Source: Eubacteriales bacterium (GTDB lineage: Bacteria > Bacillota > Clostridia > Oscillospirales > CAG-272). Taken from it: a stretch of DNA of 64,000 nt. Positions 28,508 through 38,181 of this stretch are shown here, in pieces. Under the pieces are notes generated by a model. The model had not been told where the DNA came from. It ran no database searches and worked only from the letters and a program-made list of their open reading frames with translations. The position numbers and the translations under genes were made by a program. The stretch spans positions 62,709-126,708 of the forward strand of contig JAZQXT010000007.1 in the NCBI GenBank assembly GCA_045633005.1, in the 5' to 3' direction. The number at the start of each line of letters is the position of its first letter. Position 1 is the first letter of the stretch.

Positions 28508-31500
28508 TTAATAGCTTTGGTCTTTGCTTTTTTTAGCCGCGCGGCATATCATATTGTATTCGCAGTATTTGCAATCGCCCTTTTCGGCAGGGCGGGCTTG
28601 CGCTTTGCCGCCGCGCATATCCTCCGCCACTTCTTTAAGTATATTTTTGATTTTTTCGTTAAGGTAATTAAACGCATCCTCGGTAAGCGTCGTCGGCTTT
28701 TGCGCTCTGCCCGTAGCCATAAGATAGCGTTTGTTTTCAGAGCGGCTAACAGCCGCGAGCACGTCGGGCTCGTCAAGTATCAGTCCGCTCCGCTTGAATT
28801 CGCGGAATACGTTTGCCTTCACCGCATCGGCGCTCGTGCTACCGCTTACCTCCGTGCGCTCGGAGCTTGCGCTGAGATACGATATTACGGCGGGAACGCT
28901 GTTTCCGCCGTAGGATGCGTCGGTCAGCGCGTAAATGTACAGCAGGAGCTGTAGATTTTTCTTTTTGTCGATGTCGTTTATTGAAAATACCTTTTTGCCC
29001 GTTTTGTAGTCGACGGCTCGCAGATAGACCTTGTCGCCGTGGCGGAAGACGTCAACTCGGTCGATCTTACCGTTCAGCACTACGCTTCCGCCATCCGAAA
29101 GGGGAATTTTGGGCGAGGGAATGCCGTGACCGATGGAAAGCTCAAACGCCTCGGGGCGAAAATCGCTGTCGGAAAGCTCGCCCTCGATGTCCTCTATGAT
29201 GAGAGAGGCGAGACGGCACAGGCGGTGGGTCATATATTTTACCCTGTGTCCCATATCGCTTGGTAGGTTCTCGGCGGCAAATTCTGCGGTGTGCTTTTCG
29301 ATAATTGCCGCTTTTTCCTCGGCGCTTGGAAACTTACCGCCGCGGCGAAGAAATACTTCCATAAGATATTTTTCAAGGATGAAGTGAACGAACGTGCCTA
29401 TTATGTCCGAGCTGAATTCCGCCTTTTTGCCGCTGTCGAGGGCGAGCAGATATTTACAGCAATAGGCAAAATGGCATTTTGCAAAGCTTTCAAGCTTTGT
29501 TTGGCTCAGGACGACGTCCTTGCCGTATATAAGCCTTGAAACGTCGGGGTTGATGCCGTCGCTTTCCGCGCTTATCGGAACGCCGCGCTCCGTTTCGCCG
29601 CCAAGTGCGCGCTTTATAGCCTCGCCCTCGGCAGTTCCGTCAAGCAGAGTGGCGTATTCGGCGGCGGCTTCGGTGGTGCGGATGCGGTCGAAGAGATGCT
29701 CCGTCGTGTTTTTTATTTCGGCGTGTTGGCACACGTCGCAAAGCCGCACGAATGCGACCGATGGGGTACTGCCCGCGCGTGTGTACGCTATCAGCTTGTC
29801 CGAGGCAGAGCCGACGGCGCGGCGGAAGAAGAAAAGCTCCTCGGCGCTGTCCTGCTCGCGCCCACCCGAAATGGGGAGCGAGAGAGCGATAAGCTCCTCG
29901 CGCTCGGCGGCTGAAAGCAGACCGCCGCCCGTAGCCGCGGCGGGAAATTCGCCGTCGCAAGCTCCGAGGATGATAACTGCCTTTACGCCCGAGGCGCGTA
30001 TCATATTTGCGCTTCCCACGCTTACCTCGTCGCTTGAGGTGGGGATGCTTCCCATCTGCGTTTGCTCAAGCAGGGTACTAAGCGCAAAGGAAAACTCGGC
30101 GATATCGGGCTTTTTGCCGTCGCCAAAGCAATCGCAAAGCTCGTCAAGCACCGTAAGGAATGCGTCGTAGCTTCGCGCGGTCTCGGCGGATTCTCTGGCG
30201 CGGTCGGAGGAAAGCTCGCGCACGGCAAGCTCCTTTAGCTTTTTGGGTGCGCCCGACGCTTCGATATAGCCGACGGTCGCGCGGCAAAGCTCGGCACAGC
30301 TCGTTGCGGCGTTGATCTCCGCAAAATATTTTTTCAAGCCTTCAAGCAAAAACGTATGTACCTTATTTGCGGCGGCAAGCTTTTCCTCGCCGCGCGGGGT
30401 AAGTACGGCTTTATAGCCGTCGGGGTTCATAGTCCATTCGCCCTCGGCGGCAAGCTTTTTGCCGCTTATGCTCCATTTTGCGGTATATTCTTCAAACAGG
30501 TCGGCATCCTTCGTTGAAATATCAAGCATTCCCGTTTTCAGATGAGCGATAACGTCCTCGCGCTTCCAGCCGAATTGCTTGATGCGCAAGGCGGAGAGTA
30601 TGAGGCGCGACAGCGGGCTTGTGGAAAGGTCGCGCTTTTCGGAAAAATAGTACGGCACGCCCATCGTTTCAAGCGCGGTGTCGAGTATTCCGCGATATTT
30701 CGTTGCGTCACGCGCGATAACGGCGATATCCTTACAGCGGTATCCGTCCTCAAGGAGCGCGCGTATGCGTGCCGCCGCGGCTTCCGCCTCGTCGTAGATA
30801 TCGACCGCTTGCCAAAGCTCAACGCTTCCGTCGTCCTCGCCGTTAGGGAGAGCGATATCCTCGTCCATTTGCCACAGCTTTTCGGTAAGGAGCTTTAGCG
30901 TTTGCGAGCTTGCACGGTGATTTTCGCCAAGCGTCAGCGTTTCCACCTCGCCGCCAAAGCCTGCGGCATCGGCGCGAAGCTTGTCCGAGTAGCTTTTTAT
31001 CGACGCGGTATCTATGCCACGGTAGGTGGGGTGGGGCAGAGGAACGGTTGCGGTAAAGCACTCCGCCTCGCTCATAATGCGGCGGAGCACGGCGTGCTCC
31101 TGCCCCGTAAGGCTGTAAAAGGAGTCGAGATAAACGTGCATTCCCGAAAAATATCCGCGTGCGGAGGTGTCAAGCATTTCGCAAAGGCGGTCAAGGTCGC
31201 TCGTGGGGTCGGCATGGCTTTGCGAGAGCAAAAGTCGGTACGCCGCGCTGACGGTGGCTATGTCCGACAGCTTACGGCGAAGCGTGGAGTCGGGCATATC
31301 CTTGCAAAAGCGCTCAAGCTCCTCGGGCGAGATGCCCGACGAGGAAAGCTCCTTCGATATGGAAAGCATCGTTGCGGGCAGGGAGCGGTCGCTCGCCGCG
31401 CGGTCGTGATATTCCGAAAGCATTGGGGCGCATTGACACAGCGCACGCCACATCATAAGGGTGCGCTGACCTGCGCTTGCGTAGTTGTATATAAGTCCGC

Positions 31501-31726
31501 CCGTCCTTCTAAATACGCGGTTGGCAAGACGGGAAAAGTTCAGTACCTCGATATTTAACTGCGCCGAGGCGGGCAGGCGTTCAAGAAGCTCGCGTTCCGC
31601 GGCAACCGTTTGCTGTTCGGGAACGATGAGTATTGCCGACACGCCCTCGCGGGCGTCTTTTTCAAGGCAGGAAAGGATATATTCGCTTTTTCCGCTTCCG
31701 ATATCGCCGTAGATAAGCTTGACCAT
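28508..31726 (-). CDS. addB: ATP-dependent helicase/nuclease AddB
   Basis: N-terminal GDIGSGKSEY, C-terminal nuclease VDYKTGKK, and an Fe-S Cys cluster (CKYCEYNMIC). ATG 31726 is preceded by GGGAG and preferred over TTG 31744. Confidence 0.93.
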   Translation of the reverse strand: MVKLIYGDIGSGKSEYILSCLEKDAREGVSAILIVPEQQTVAAERELLERLPASAQLNIEVLNFSRLANRVFRRTGGLIYNYASAGQRTLMMWRALCQCAPMLSEYHDRAASDRSLPATMLSISKELSSSGISPEELERFCKDMPDSTLRRKLSDIATVSAAYRLLLSQSHADPTSDLDRLCEMLDTSARGYFSGMHVYLDSFYSLTGQEHAVLRRIMSEAECFTATVPLPHPTYRGIDTASIKSYSDKLRADAAGFGGEVETLTLGENHRASSQTLKLLTEKLWQMDEDIALPNGEDDGSVELWQAVDIYDEAEAAAARIRALLEDGYRCKDIAVIARDATKYRGILDTALETMGVPYYFSEKRDLSTSPLSRLILSALRIKQFGWKREDVIAHLKTGMLDISTKDADLFEEYTAKWSISGKKLAAEGEWTMNPDGYKAVLTPRGEEKLAAANKVHTFLLEGLKKYFAEINAATSCAELCRATVGYIEASGAPKKLKELAVRELSSDRARESAETARSYDAFLTVLDELCDCFGDGKKPDIAEFSFALSTLLEQTQMGSIPTSSDEVSVGSANMIRASGVKAVIILGACDGEFPAAATGGGLLSAAEREELIALSLPISGGREQDSAEELFFFRRAVGSASDKLIAYTRAGSTPSVAFVRLCDVCQHAEIKNTTEHLFDRIRTTEAAAEYATLLDGTAEGEAIKRALGGETERGVPISAESDGINPDVSRLIYGKDVVLSQTKLESFAKCHFAYCCKYLLALDSGKKAEFSSDIIGTFVHFILEKYLMEVFLRRGGKFPSAEEKAAIIEKHTAEFAAENLPSDMGHRVKYMTHRLCRLASLIIEDIEGELSDSDFRPEAFELSIGHGIPSPKIPLSDGGSVVLNGKIDRVDVFRHGDKVYLRAVDYKTGKKVFSINDIDKKKNLQLLLYIYALTDASYGGNSVPAVISYLSASSERTEVSGSTSADAVKANVFREFKRSGLILDEPDVLAAVSRSENKRYLMATGRAQKPTTLTEDAFNYLNEKIKNILKEVAEDMRGGKAQARPAEKGDCKYCEYNMICRAAKKSKDQSY

Positions 31727-31740
31727 TTTGTTCTCCCAAA

Positions 31741-32421
31741 TCAAAGATAGATATTGATTCTGTCCTTCGAGTTTTTGAAATATTTTTTGTTAAGAATGAA
31801 ATAAAGTCCGCGCCCGACGAATAAAACGGAGTCGGACCTTGTTTTTTGCTTATGCACCGTTGGGGTTACGGCAAGCACCGTGTAGCCCTCCGCCGCAAGA
31901 TATTCCGCCGTCGATATGGCAGAGGTACAGCCCGTGCACAGATTTAGGGGCAGAAATATCACGGCAACGCGCTCGTTGTACTCACGCTTCAGCCGCGCAC
32001 CGATGCGCCGCAGTTGCAGGGCTCCGCGTATCGCGGCAACGATGCCGACGATAATGATAACGGGCAGAGCGATCACGGCAAGCGCGGCAAAAACGATGAA
32101 AGTGGTTCCCGTTTGCACTACCGCAAATATCCACCCGATGATCTGAAAAATGACGGATATCAGGCGAAAACGGCGAAAGACTATGAGAAATCTTTCCCAA
32201 AGTCCGTATACCGTGGTGTCCTTTATTACCGTTAGTAAAAAGGAGAAATAATTATTTTTCGCATATCGGCGCGGGGAAGCCGCCGCTTCGGCGGCGCGCC
32301 ATTGCGCCGACTTGCGCCCTGCGTGGCGCAAAGACGCAAGCTGATGCTCCTTGCGCTCTATCTCGGCGCGTAATCGCTTCTCCTCGCGTTCCAAAAAGGT
32401 ATCTCTTGAAAGCTTTGACAT
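31741..32421 (-). CDS. Hypothetical membrane protein (N-terminal charged coiled-coil-like segment, central TM hairpins, C-terminal alpha/beta-like domain)
   Basis: ORF with SD aagga before ATG 32421. Hydrophobic stretches IIGWIFAVVQTGTTFIVFAALAVIALPVIIIVGIVAAI. Stop lies 15 nt before the addB ATG. No family recognised. Confidence 0.55.
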   Translation of the reverse strand: MSKLSRDTFLEREEKRLRAEIERKEHQLASLRHAGRKSAQWRAAEAAASPRRYAKNNYFSFLLTVIKDTTVYGLWERFLIVFRRFRLISVIFQIIGWIFAVVQTGTTFIVFAALAVIALPVIIIVGIVAAIRGALQLRRIGARLKREYNERVAVIFLPLNLCTGCTSAISTAEYLAAEGYTVLAVTPTVHKQKTRSDSVLFVGRGLYFILNKKYFKNSKDRINIYL

Positions 32422-32443
32422 TTGTTTCCTTAAAGCTGTTGCG

Positions 32444-33256
32444 TTAATTTTTTGAGTTTTTCTCAAAAAGAGTCAAATTCCGTGAAAACACGTCCTTGCC
32501 ACGCCACGAATACGCTCTGTCGGCAAAGCCGTCGCTATCGACTACGCTCTTGTCGGGTATGGGTATCGCGCGCGAGTTGAACCACGCGCTGTCCGTGTAA
32601 AGCGTGCCTTCCTTTTTGGCTTTCAGGGTGTGCGGGCATACGTTCTGGCAGATATCACAGCCCCAAGCCGTGCCGTGCTTTAGCATCAAGGCTTGCTCCT
32701 CGTCGGTGAGCGCACCCTTCTTTTGAGTTACGGCGGACAGGCATTCGCCGCCGTTTTTCAGCCTCGTCGGGCAGGCGCGCACGCACGCGCCGCACCCCTC
32801 GCAGTACATCACCTCGCGGCGCGTTGGCTCAACGGGCATATCTGAAAAAACGCCGAAAATGAATACGAATGACGAATATTTCGGCGTTATCAGGAGTCCG
32901 TGCTTGCCAATAACGCCAAGCCCCGCGCGTGCGGCGGCATCGACCTCGGCTATGGGCGAGTGGTCGCCGTAAAGCGCAAAGCGGCGGTGGGGATATAGCT
33001 TCCTCGCTTCGGTAAGGAATTTTTCAGCCAGCTTTTTTTGCGCAAGATGATAGTCGGGAGCTACCGCGTAGGCGGACACGATGCGCTCGCCGTCGCAATG
33101 CGCGGTGTAGTACGGCATAGTCGCCATAATAACGCTTTGCGGCTCGAAATCAAACCGCGACAGAAGACGGGGATTTATTATCTTGCACTCCGAAATGCTC
33201 AAGGCGGCGGCATCCGCCGCGCCGACGGAGAGTAGAAGTCTTATCAAATTTTCCAC
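32444..33256 (-). CDS. QueG-like epoxyqueuosine reductase (DUF1730 + 2x[4Fe-4S]) protein, short form
   Basis: CEGCGACVRACP and CDICQNVCPH ferredoxin motifs. Pattern YAVAPDYH...GVIGKHGLLITPKYSSFVFI is typical of QueG. Confidence 0.6.
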   Translation of the reverse strand: MENLIRLLLSVGAADAAALSISECKIINPRLLSRFDFEPQSVIMATMPYYTAHCDGERIVSAYAVAPDYHLAQKKLAEKFLTEARKLYPHRRFALYGDHSPIAEVDAAARAGLGVIGKHGLLITPKYSSFVFIFGVFSDMPVEPTRREVMYCEGCGACVRACPTRLKNGGECLSAVTQKKGALTDEEQALMLKHGTAWGCDICQNVCPHTLKAKKEGTLYTDSAWFNSRAIPIPDKSVVDSDGFADRAYSWRGKDVFSRNLTLFEKNSKN

Positions 33257-33428
33257 GGTGCGCTCCTTTCTACGGTCGTTTTAATATATTATATCATATT
33301 TTCTTTTATTATACAACTAAAAAACGAGGCGCGAAAAAAGTATATTTTATAGACTTTTTTTCACTTCGTCAAGAAATCTTCACAAAAGTGATGTATAATA
33401 AGTGCAGAATACCCGAAGGAGGCAGAAA

Positions 33429-34775
33429 ATGAGCTATTTTGATGAAGAAAAATACGAAAATAACGAAGAAAATAAAGATAATACCGAGGGCGTAACTCCA
33501 AGTGCCGATACGGAAGCGCACGGCGTTGCGTACTCTCCCGCGGAGGACGGAAGCTACAGACTTACGTCCTACGTTCCTACCGAGGAGGTTTCAGCGCCGA
33601 AGAAAAAGGGCGGCAAGGGCAAGATAGCGCTTGCGATAGTGGCTATCGTGCTTTGCGTTGCGCTGTCGGGCGTTGCGGGCTTTGCGGGCTCTTATATAGC
33701 CGACCGCTTTTTCACCTCGTCGGGCGATGACGCCGCAGCTCCCAACAATCCGCCCGTTTCGTCGGGAAGCAGTGCGGGCATAGTTGTAAGCGTCCCCGAT
33801 GAGAACGGCGAAAAAACGCCCGTAAGCGTTCCGCGCGGTGAGCTGATGAACTACGCCGACGCCGCCGCAACGGTCAAGGATTCCGTGGTGGAGATAACCA
33901 CCGAGGCTACAGTTGGCGGTGGATATTTCCAACAGTACGTTACCGAGGGCGCGGGAAGCGGCGTTATCATCACCGCCGAGGGCTATATCGTTACGAACAA
34001 CCACGTTATCGAGGACGCGGAGAAGATAACCGTGCGCCTTACGGACGGCACGCAGTACCCCGCAACCCTTATCGGCACGGATTCGCGCACGGATATTGCC
34101 GTTATAAAGATAGACCCTAAGGACAGAGCGCTCTCCGTTGCCGCATTTATAGAGGACAGCAAAAAGCTCGTCGTAGGCACGGAGGTGCTGGCTATAGGTA
34201 ATCCCCTTGGCGAGCTTGGCGGCACCGTGACCAACGGCATAATAAGCGCCCTTGAGCGTGAGCTGAAGATATCGGGCAGCGGCACTATGACGCTTTTGCA
34301 GACCAACGCCGCAGTAAACCCGGGTAACTCGGGCGGCGGACTTTTCAATCTCTACGGCGAGCTTGTCGGCGTCGTAAACGCAAAATCGGCGGGCAATAAT
34401 ATCGAGGGACTCGGCTTTGCCATTCCCGCAAACACCGTCCGCACCATCGTCGCACAGCTTATGGAGTTCGGATACGTCAAGGGCAGACCCACCATAGCCG
34501 TTACCGTTCTTGGACTTGATGCGTACAGCGCATATTATTATTTCCGCTCAAGTCAGGCGGGCGTATATATCGTGGAAAGCAATGAGGAAGCGCTTAAATA
34601 CGGCGACCGCATTCTTGCTATCGACGGTACGGCGATAACTAATGCGGACGACGTATCCGCAACGATAGAAAAGCACGAGATAGGCGAGACGATAGAGATA
34701 ATGGTCGTGCGTGACCACAAGACCGTTACCGTTAGCGTTACGCTTAGCGAGTACGTTCCCGCGCCTTCAAAATAA
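33429..34775 (+). CDS. htrA: HtrA/DegP-family serine protease with PDZ domain, membrane anchored
   Basis: GAAGGAGG SD before ATG 33429. TM helix. Catalytic triad contexts TNNHVI, DIAVIKI, GNSGGGLFN. C-terminal PDZ. Confidence 0.9.
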   Translation: MSYFDEEKYENNEENKDNTEGVTPSADTEAHGVAYSPAEDGSYRLTSYVPTEEVSAPKKKGGKGKIALAIVAIVLCVALSGVAGFAGSYIADRFFTSSGDDAAAPNNPPVSSGSSAGIVVSVPDENGEKTPVSVPRGELMNYADAAATVKDSVVEITTEATVGGGYFQQYVTEGAGSGVIITAEGYIVTNNHVIEDAEKITVRLTDGTQYPATLIGTDSRTDIAVIKIDPKDRALSVAAFIEDSKKLVVGTEVLAIGNPLGELGGTVTNGIISALERELKISGSGTMTLLQTNAAVNPGNSGGGLFNLYGELVGVVNAKSAGNNIEGLGFAIPANTVRTIVAQLMEFGYVKGRPTIAVTVLGLDAYSAYYYFRSSQAGVYIVESNEEALKYGDRILAIDGTAITNADDVSATIEKHEIGETIEIMVVRDHKTVTVSVTLSEYVPAPSK

Positions 34776-34794
34776 AGCATTACGGAGAGCAAAG

Positions 34795-35481
34795 ATGTAT
34801 AACATCCTCGTAGTTGACGACGAAGTAAGGATAAGGTCTATAGTCAGAAAATACGCAGAGTTTGAAGGTCATACCGTTACGGAGGCGGCGGACGGAATGG
34901 CGGCGCTGAGCCTTTGCAAAACGAATGATTTCGATATAGTCATAATGGATATTATGATGCCCGAGCTTGACGGCTTTTCCGCCTGTCGCGAGATACGCAA
35001 GTTTTCGCAAGTGCCGATAATAATGCTGTCGGCGCGCGCGGATGAATACGATAAGATAAACGGTTTTAGCATAGGCGTGGACGATTACGTCGTCAAGCCC
35101 TTCTCGCCCAAGGAGCTTATGATGCGCGTTGAGGCTGTGATGAAGCGTACCTCGCGCACTCCGAAGGTGAGCGAGGAGCATAATATCGTCGAGCTTGACG
35201 GCGGCGGACTTCGCGCCGATATAAGCGCGAGAATAGTTTATATCGACGGCGAGCGCGTGGAAATGTCGCCAAAGGAATACGAGCTGTTGTTTTATATGTT
35301 AAGGAACCACGATATCGCGCTCAGCCGCGAAAAGCTGATATGCGACGTGTGGGGATACGATTTTTACGGCGATGCGCGAACGCTCGATACCCATATCAAG
35401 CTTTTGCGAAAATCCCTCGGCAAATACGCGGAGCACATCGTTACGCTACGCGGCATAGGCTACCGCTTTGAGAAAAGATGA
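34795..35481 (+). CDS. OmpR-family response regulator
   Basis: Receiver ILVVDDE...DIVIMDIMMPELDG and winged helix SPKEYELLFYML...LRGIGYRF. The upstream ORF extension was rejected. Confidence 0.93.
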   Translation: MYNILVVDDEVRIRSIVRKYAEFEGHTVTEAADGMAALSLCKTNDFDIVIMDIMMPELDGFSACREIRKFSQVPIIMLSARADEYDKINGFSIGVDDYVVKPFSPKELMMRVEAVMKRTSRTPKVSEEHNIVELDGGGLRADISARIVYIDGERVEMSPKEYELLFYMLRNHDIALSREKLICDVWGYDFYGDARTLDTHIKLLRKSLGKYAEHIVTLRGIGYRFEKR

Positions 35482-36989
35482 AAAAAGAAAAAAGAGCCAA
35501 AAGGCGAATGGGAATAAGGGGCAAGCTTATAATCTGCTTCGTCGCGTTTGCCATTTTGATGCTTACGATAACGTGGGTTTTTCAAATAGGGCTTCTCAAT
35601 AAGTTCTATGAAAGAACCAAGAATGGCGAGCTTGAGTACGCCAAGGCTTCTATGGCGGAAGCCGTAAGCCTTGGAAATCACAAGGAGACAGCCGCATTGC
35701 TCGCGGGCGAGTACGGTATCTGTATACGCGTTTTTCGCGTTGTCGGCTCCGCTCTTGCCGACGAGGAGGTCAGCGTTCAGGCGGCACCGCCGTGCGTACT
35801 GCACCATATGCCGCGCGAAAAGCTGACGGAGTACTATCAAAACGCGCTTGAAAACGGCGGAGAATGGAATACCGCGTTCAGTATGGAGCGCGGCGAGGAC
35901 TTCGACGCGGGCGGAGAGGGTGAGCCGCCAAGAGCGCCCGACAAAGCCCCCGACGGCAAGCCGCGAAAAGAGAAGGATAAGGCAAGCAGCCTTACGCTAT
36001 CCGTAACGCTTGCAAGGGGCGAGGGCGGCGAGAGCTTTGCTATATTTCTGAACAGTAAATTCACCCCTATGCCAACGACCGTGGACACCCTCGGCTCGCA
36101 GTTTTTGTGGATAGCGGCGGCGGGGATAATTTTTGCCGCGATATTTGCGCTGATAGTGTCAAAGAGCATTTCCTCCCCCATCGTTAGAATGAACGAGTCT
36201 GCCAAAAAGCTGGCAGAGGGCAATTACGGCGCTGACTTTGCCGAGGCGGGCTATCGTGAAACGCGCGAGCTTGCGCGTACGCTGAGCTTCGCCGCCGAGG
36301 AGATATCAAAGTCGGATGCACAACGGCGCGAGCTTATCGCAAACGTGTCGCACGACCTGCGCACGCCTCTTACGATGATAACGGGATACGCCGAGATGAT
36401 GCGCGATATCCCCGACGAAAACACGCCCGAAAATCTTCAGGTGATCATCGACGAGGCAAGCCGCCTGAGTTCGCTTGTGAGCGATATGCTTGACCTGTCA
36501 AAGGTAGATAGCGACGGAGTTTTGCCTAAAAAGAGCCGTATTTCGCTTACCGCGACCGTCAGAAGCGTGCTTGAAAGATATTCCGCGCTCGTCGCGCGTG
36601 ACGGCTACGTCATAAGCTTTGATGCCGACGTGAACGCATACGTTCTTGCCGACGAAACGATGATGATGCAGGTGCTTTATAATCTTATCAACAACGCCGT
36701 AAACTACACGGGAGACGACAAGAGAGTCGTTATCCGTCAGCGCGTTGAGAACGGCAGGGTGCGCGTAAGCGTGGCGGACAGCGGAGAGGGAATTGCCCCC
36801 GAGCATATTCCGCACATCTGGGACAGATACTATAAGCTTGATAAGGTACACCGCAGGGCGGCGGTCGGAAGCGGACTCGGACTTTCGATAGTCAAGAGCG
36901 TGCTTTGCCGACACGGTGCGTCCTTCGGCGTGGAAAGCAAGCTTGGCGCAGGCTCGGTATTTTGGTTCGAGCTTAACGCAGTTGAATAG
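35478..36989 (+). CDS. Sensor histidine kinase (two TM, HAMP, HisKA, HATPase_c)
   Basis: H-box ANVSHDLRTPLT, N-box NLINNAVNYT, G-boxes DSGEGI and GSGLGLSIV. Overlaps the RR stop. Confidence 0.92.
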   Translation: MKKEKRAKRRMGIRGKLIICFVAFAILMLTITWVFQIGLLNKFYERTKNGELEYAKASMAEAVSLGNHKETAALLAGEYGICIRVFRVVGSALADEEVSVQAAPPCVLHHMPREKLTEYYQNALENGGEWNTAFSMERGEDFDAGGEGEPPRAPDKAPDGKPRKEKDKASSLTLSVTLARGEGGESFAIFLNSKFTPMPTTVDTLGSQFLWIAAAGIIFAAIFALIVSKSISSPIVRMNESAKKLAEGNYGADFAEAGYRETRELARTLSFAAEEISKSDAQRRELIANVSHDLRTPLTMITGYAEMMRDIPDENTPENLQVIIDEASRLSSLVSDMLDLSKVDSDGVLPKKSRISLTATVRSVLERYSALVARDGYVISFDADVNAYVLADETMMMQVLYNLINNAVNYTGDDKRVVIRQRVENGRVRVSVADSGEGIAPEHIPHIWDRYYKLDKVHRRAAVGSGLGLSIVKSVLCRHGASFGVESKLGAGSVFWFELNAVE

Positions 36990-37027
36990 ATGCGAAAAAA
37001 GCGGCAATTTGCCGCTTTTTTCGCATC
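36988..37027 (+). terminator. Rho-independent terminator
   Basis: Perfect palindrome agatgcgaaaaaagcggcaa / ttgccgcttttttcgcatct. Confidence 0.8.
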
Positions 37028-37084
37028 TATCGGATCATATAGTGAACTTTTTTTGAACAATGAGTCAATAAAATAATTTTGCAC

Positions 37085-37113
37085 TTGTAATTTCTCTTAA
37101 AATATTATATAAT
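37085..37113 (+). promoter_or_regulatory. Sigma-A-type promoter candidate for the sortase gene
   Basis: TTGTAA-N17-TATAAT. Its position argues against ATG 37117 as the start. Confidence 0.45.
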
Positions 37114-37155
37114 ATTATGACTAATAATGCTGAAAAAACGGAAAGGGGTACGCCT

Positions 37156-38181
37156 ATGGAAAATAACGAACTTAACAAGCTTACGTCCAACGATATGCCT
37201 GACGGCGTGTCTCTTGGTGAGTCAAGCGCACAAAACGCATTTATTTCATCCCTTGACGGCATTACCGCAGGGGAGATAGCACCCGACCGCCCCGCAAAAA
37301 AGAAGAGCAAGAATTACGCGGGATCGATGTTTCGCCTTTTCACGGTCGCTTTGTGCCTTAGCGTTTTCTTTTACTGCGTTTACGAGCTTGTGCTGATAAT
37401 GAAGCAGTATAAGATGTCGGACGAAGCGTATTCCGATATCGCAAGCGGCTTTGAACAGGCTATGGTCGGCGACAGATACGGCAAGGTAGGCGTCCTTTCG
37501 TCTCTCGGCGGTGACGTCCCGATGCAGAATTACGCCGATATCAGCCAAAACGGTGTTATAAAGCCACCCGTGGTAACACCCGACGCGCCGATAACGAGCC
37601 TTAAATTCCAACGTGTTAAGGTATATCTTGAATCGTTACAAAATCAGAACAGCGACCTTATAGGATACATTACGGTAAAGGGAACGGTCATAAGCTATCC
37701 CGTAGTGCAGACCACGAATAACGACTATTACCTTGACCACGGCTTTGACCATCAGGTGCTTGCCGCGGGCGCGGTATTTGCGGATTGCACGAATCACCCA
37801 AAGGTCACGGAGAACCAAAATCTCGTGCTTTACGGACATAACGTCAAAAACGGCGCGATGTTCCATCAGCTTAACAAGTTCCTTCAAGAGGATTTCTTTA
37901 TGAATACCACCGTAGAGCTTGCGACTTTTGACGGAATATACACCTTCGAGGTGTTTGCGGCGTATAGAACTCACATCAAATACCGATACTACGCAACGAA
38001 CTTTCCTACGGACGAAGCTTTCGTGGAGTTCTGCTACGAAGCAGAGAGAAAATCTCTATACCACAAGGAAGGTATTGAGTTTGATGCCGACGATACTATC
38101 CTCACGCTTTCCACCTGCGTGAACGGCGAGAAAAATTACAGATACGCCATTCAGGCGAAGCTTGTGAGTATAGAGAGATGA
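37156..38181 (+). CDS. srtB: Class B sortase
   Basis: TM anchor, motifs LVLYGHNVKNGAMFHQL and TLSTC, conserved Arg near the C-terminus. SD aaagggg lies 7 nt before ATG 37156. Confidence 0.85.
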   Translation: MENNELNKLTSNDMPDGVSLGESSAQNAFISSLDGITAGEIAPDRPAKKKSKNYAGSMFRLFTVALCLSVFFYCVYELVLIMKQYKMSDEAYSDIASGFEQAMVGDRYGKVGVLSSLGGDVPMQNYADISQNGVIKPPVVTPDAPITSLKFQRVKVYLESLQNQNSDLIGYITVKGTVISYPVVQTTNNDYYLDHGFDHQVLAAGAVFADCTNHPKVTENQNLVLYGHNVKNGAMFHQLNKFLQEDFFMNTTVELATFDGIYTFEVFAAYRTHIKYRYYATNFPTDEAFVEFCYEAERKSLYHKEGIEFDADDTILTLSTCVNGEKNYRYAIQAKLVSIER

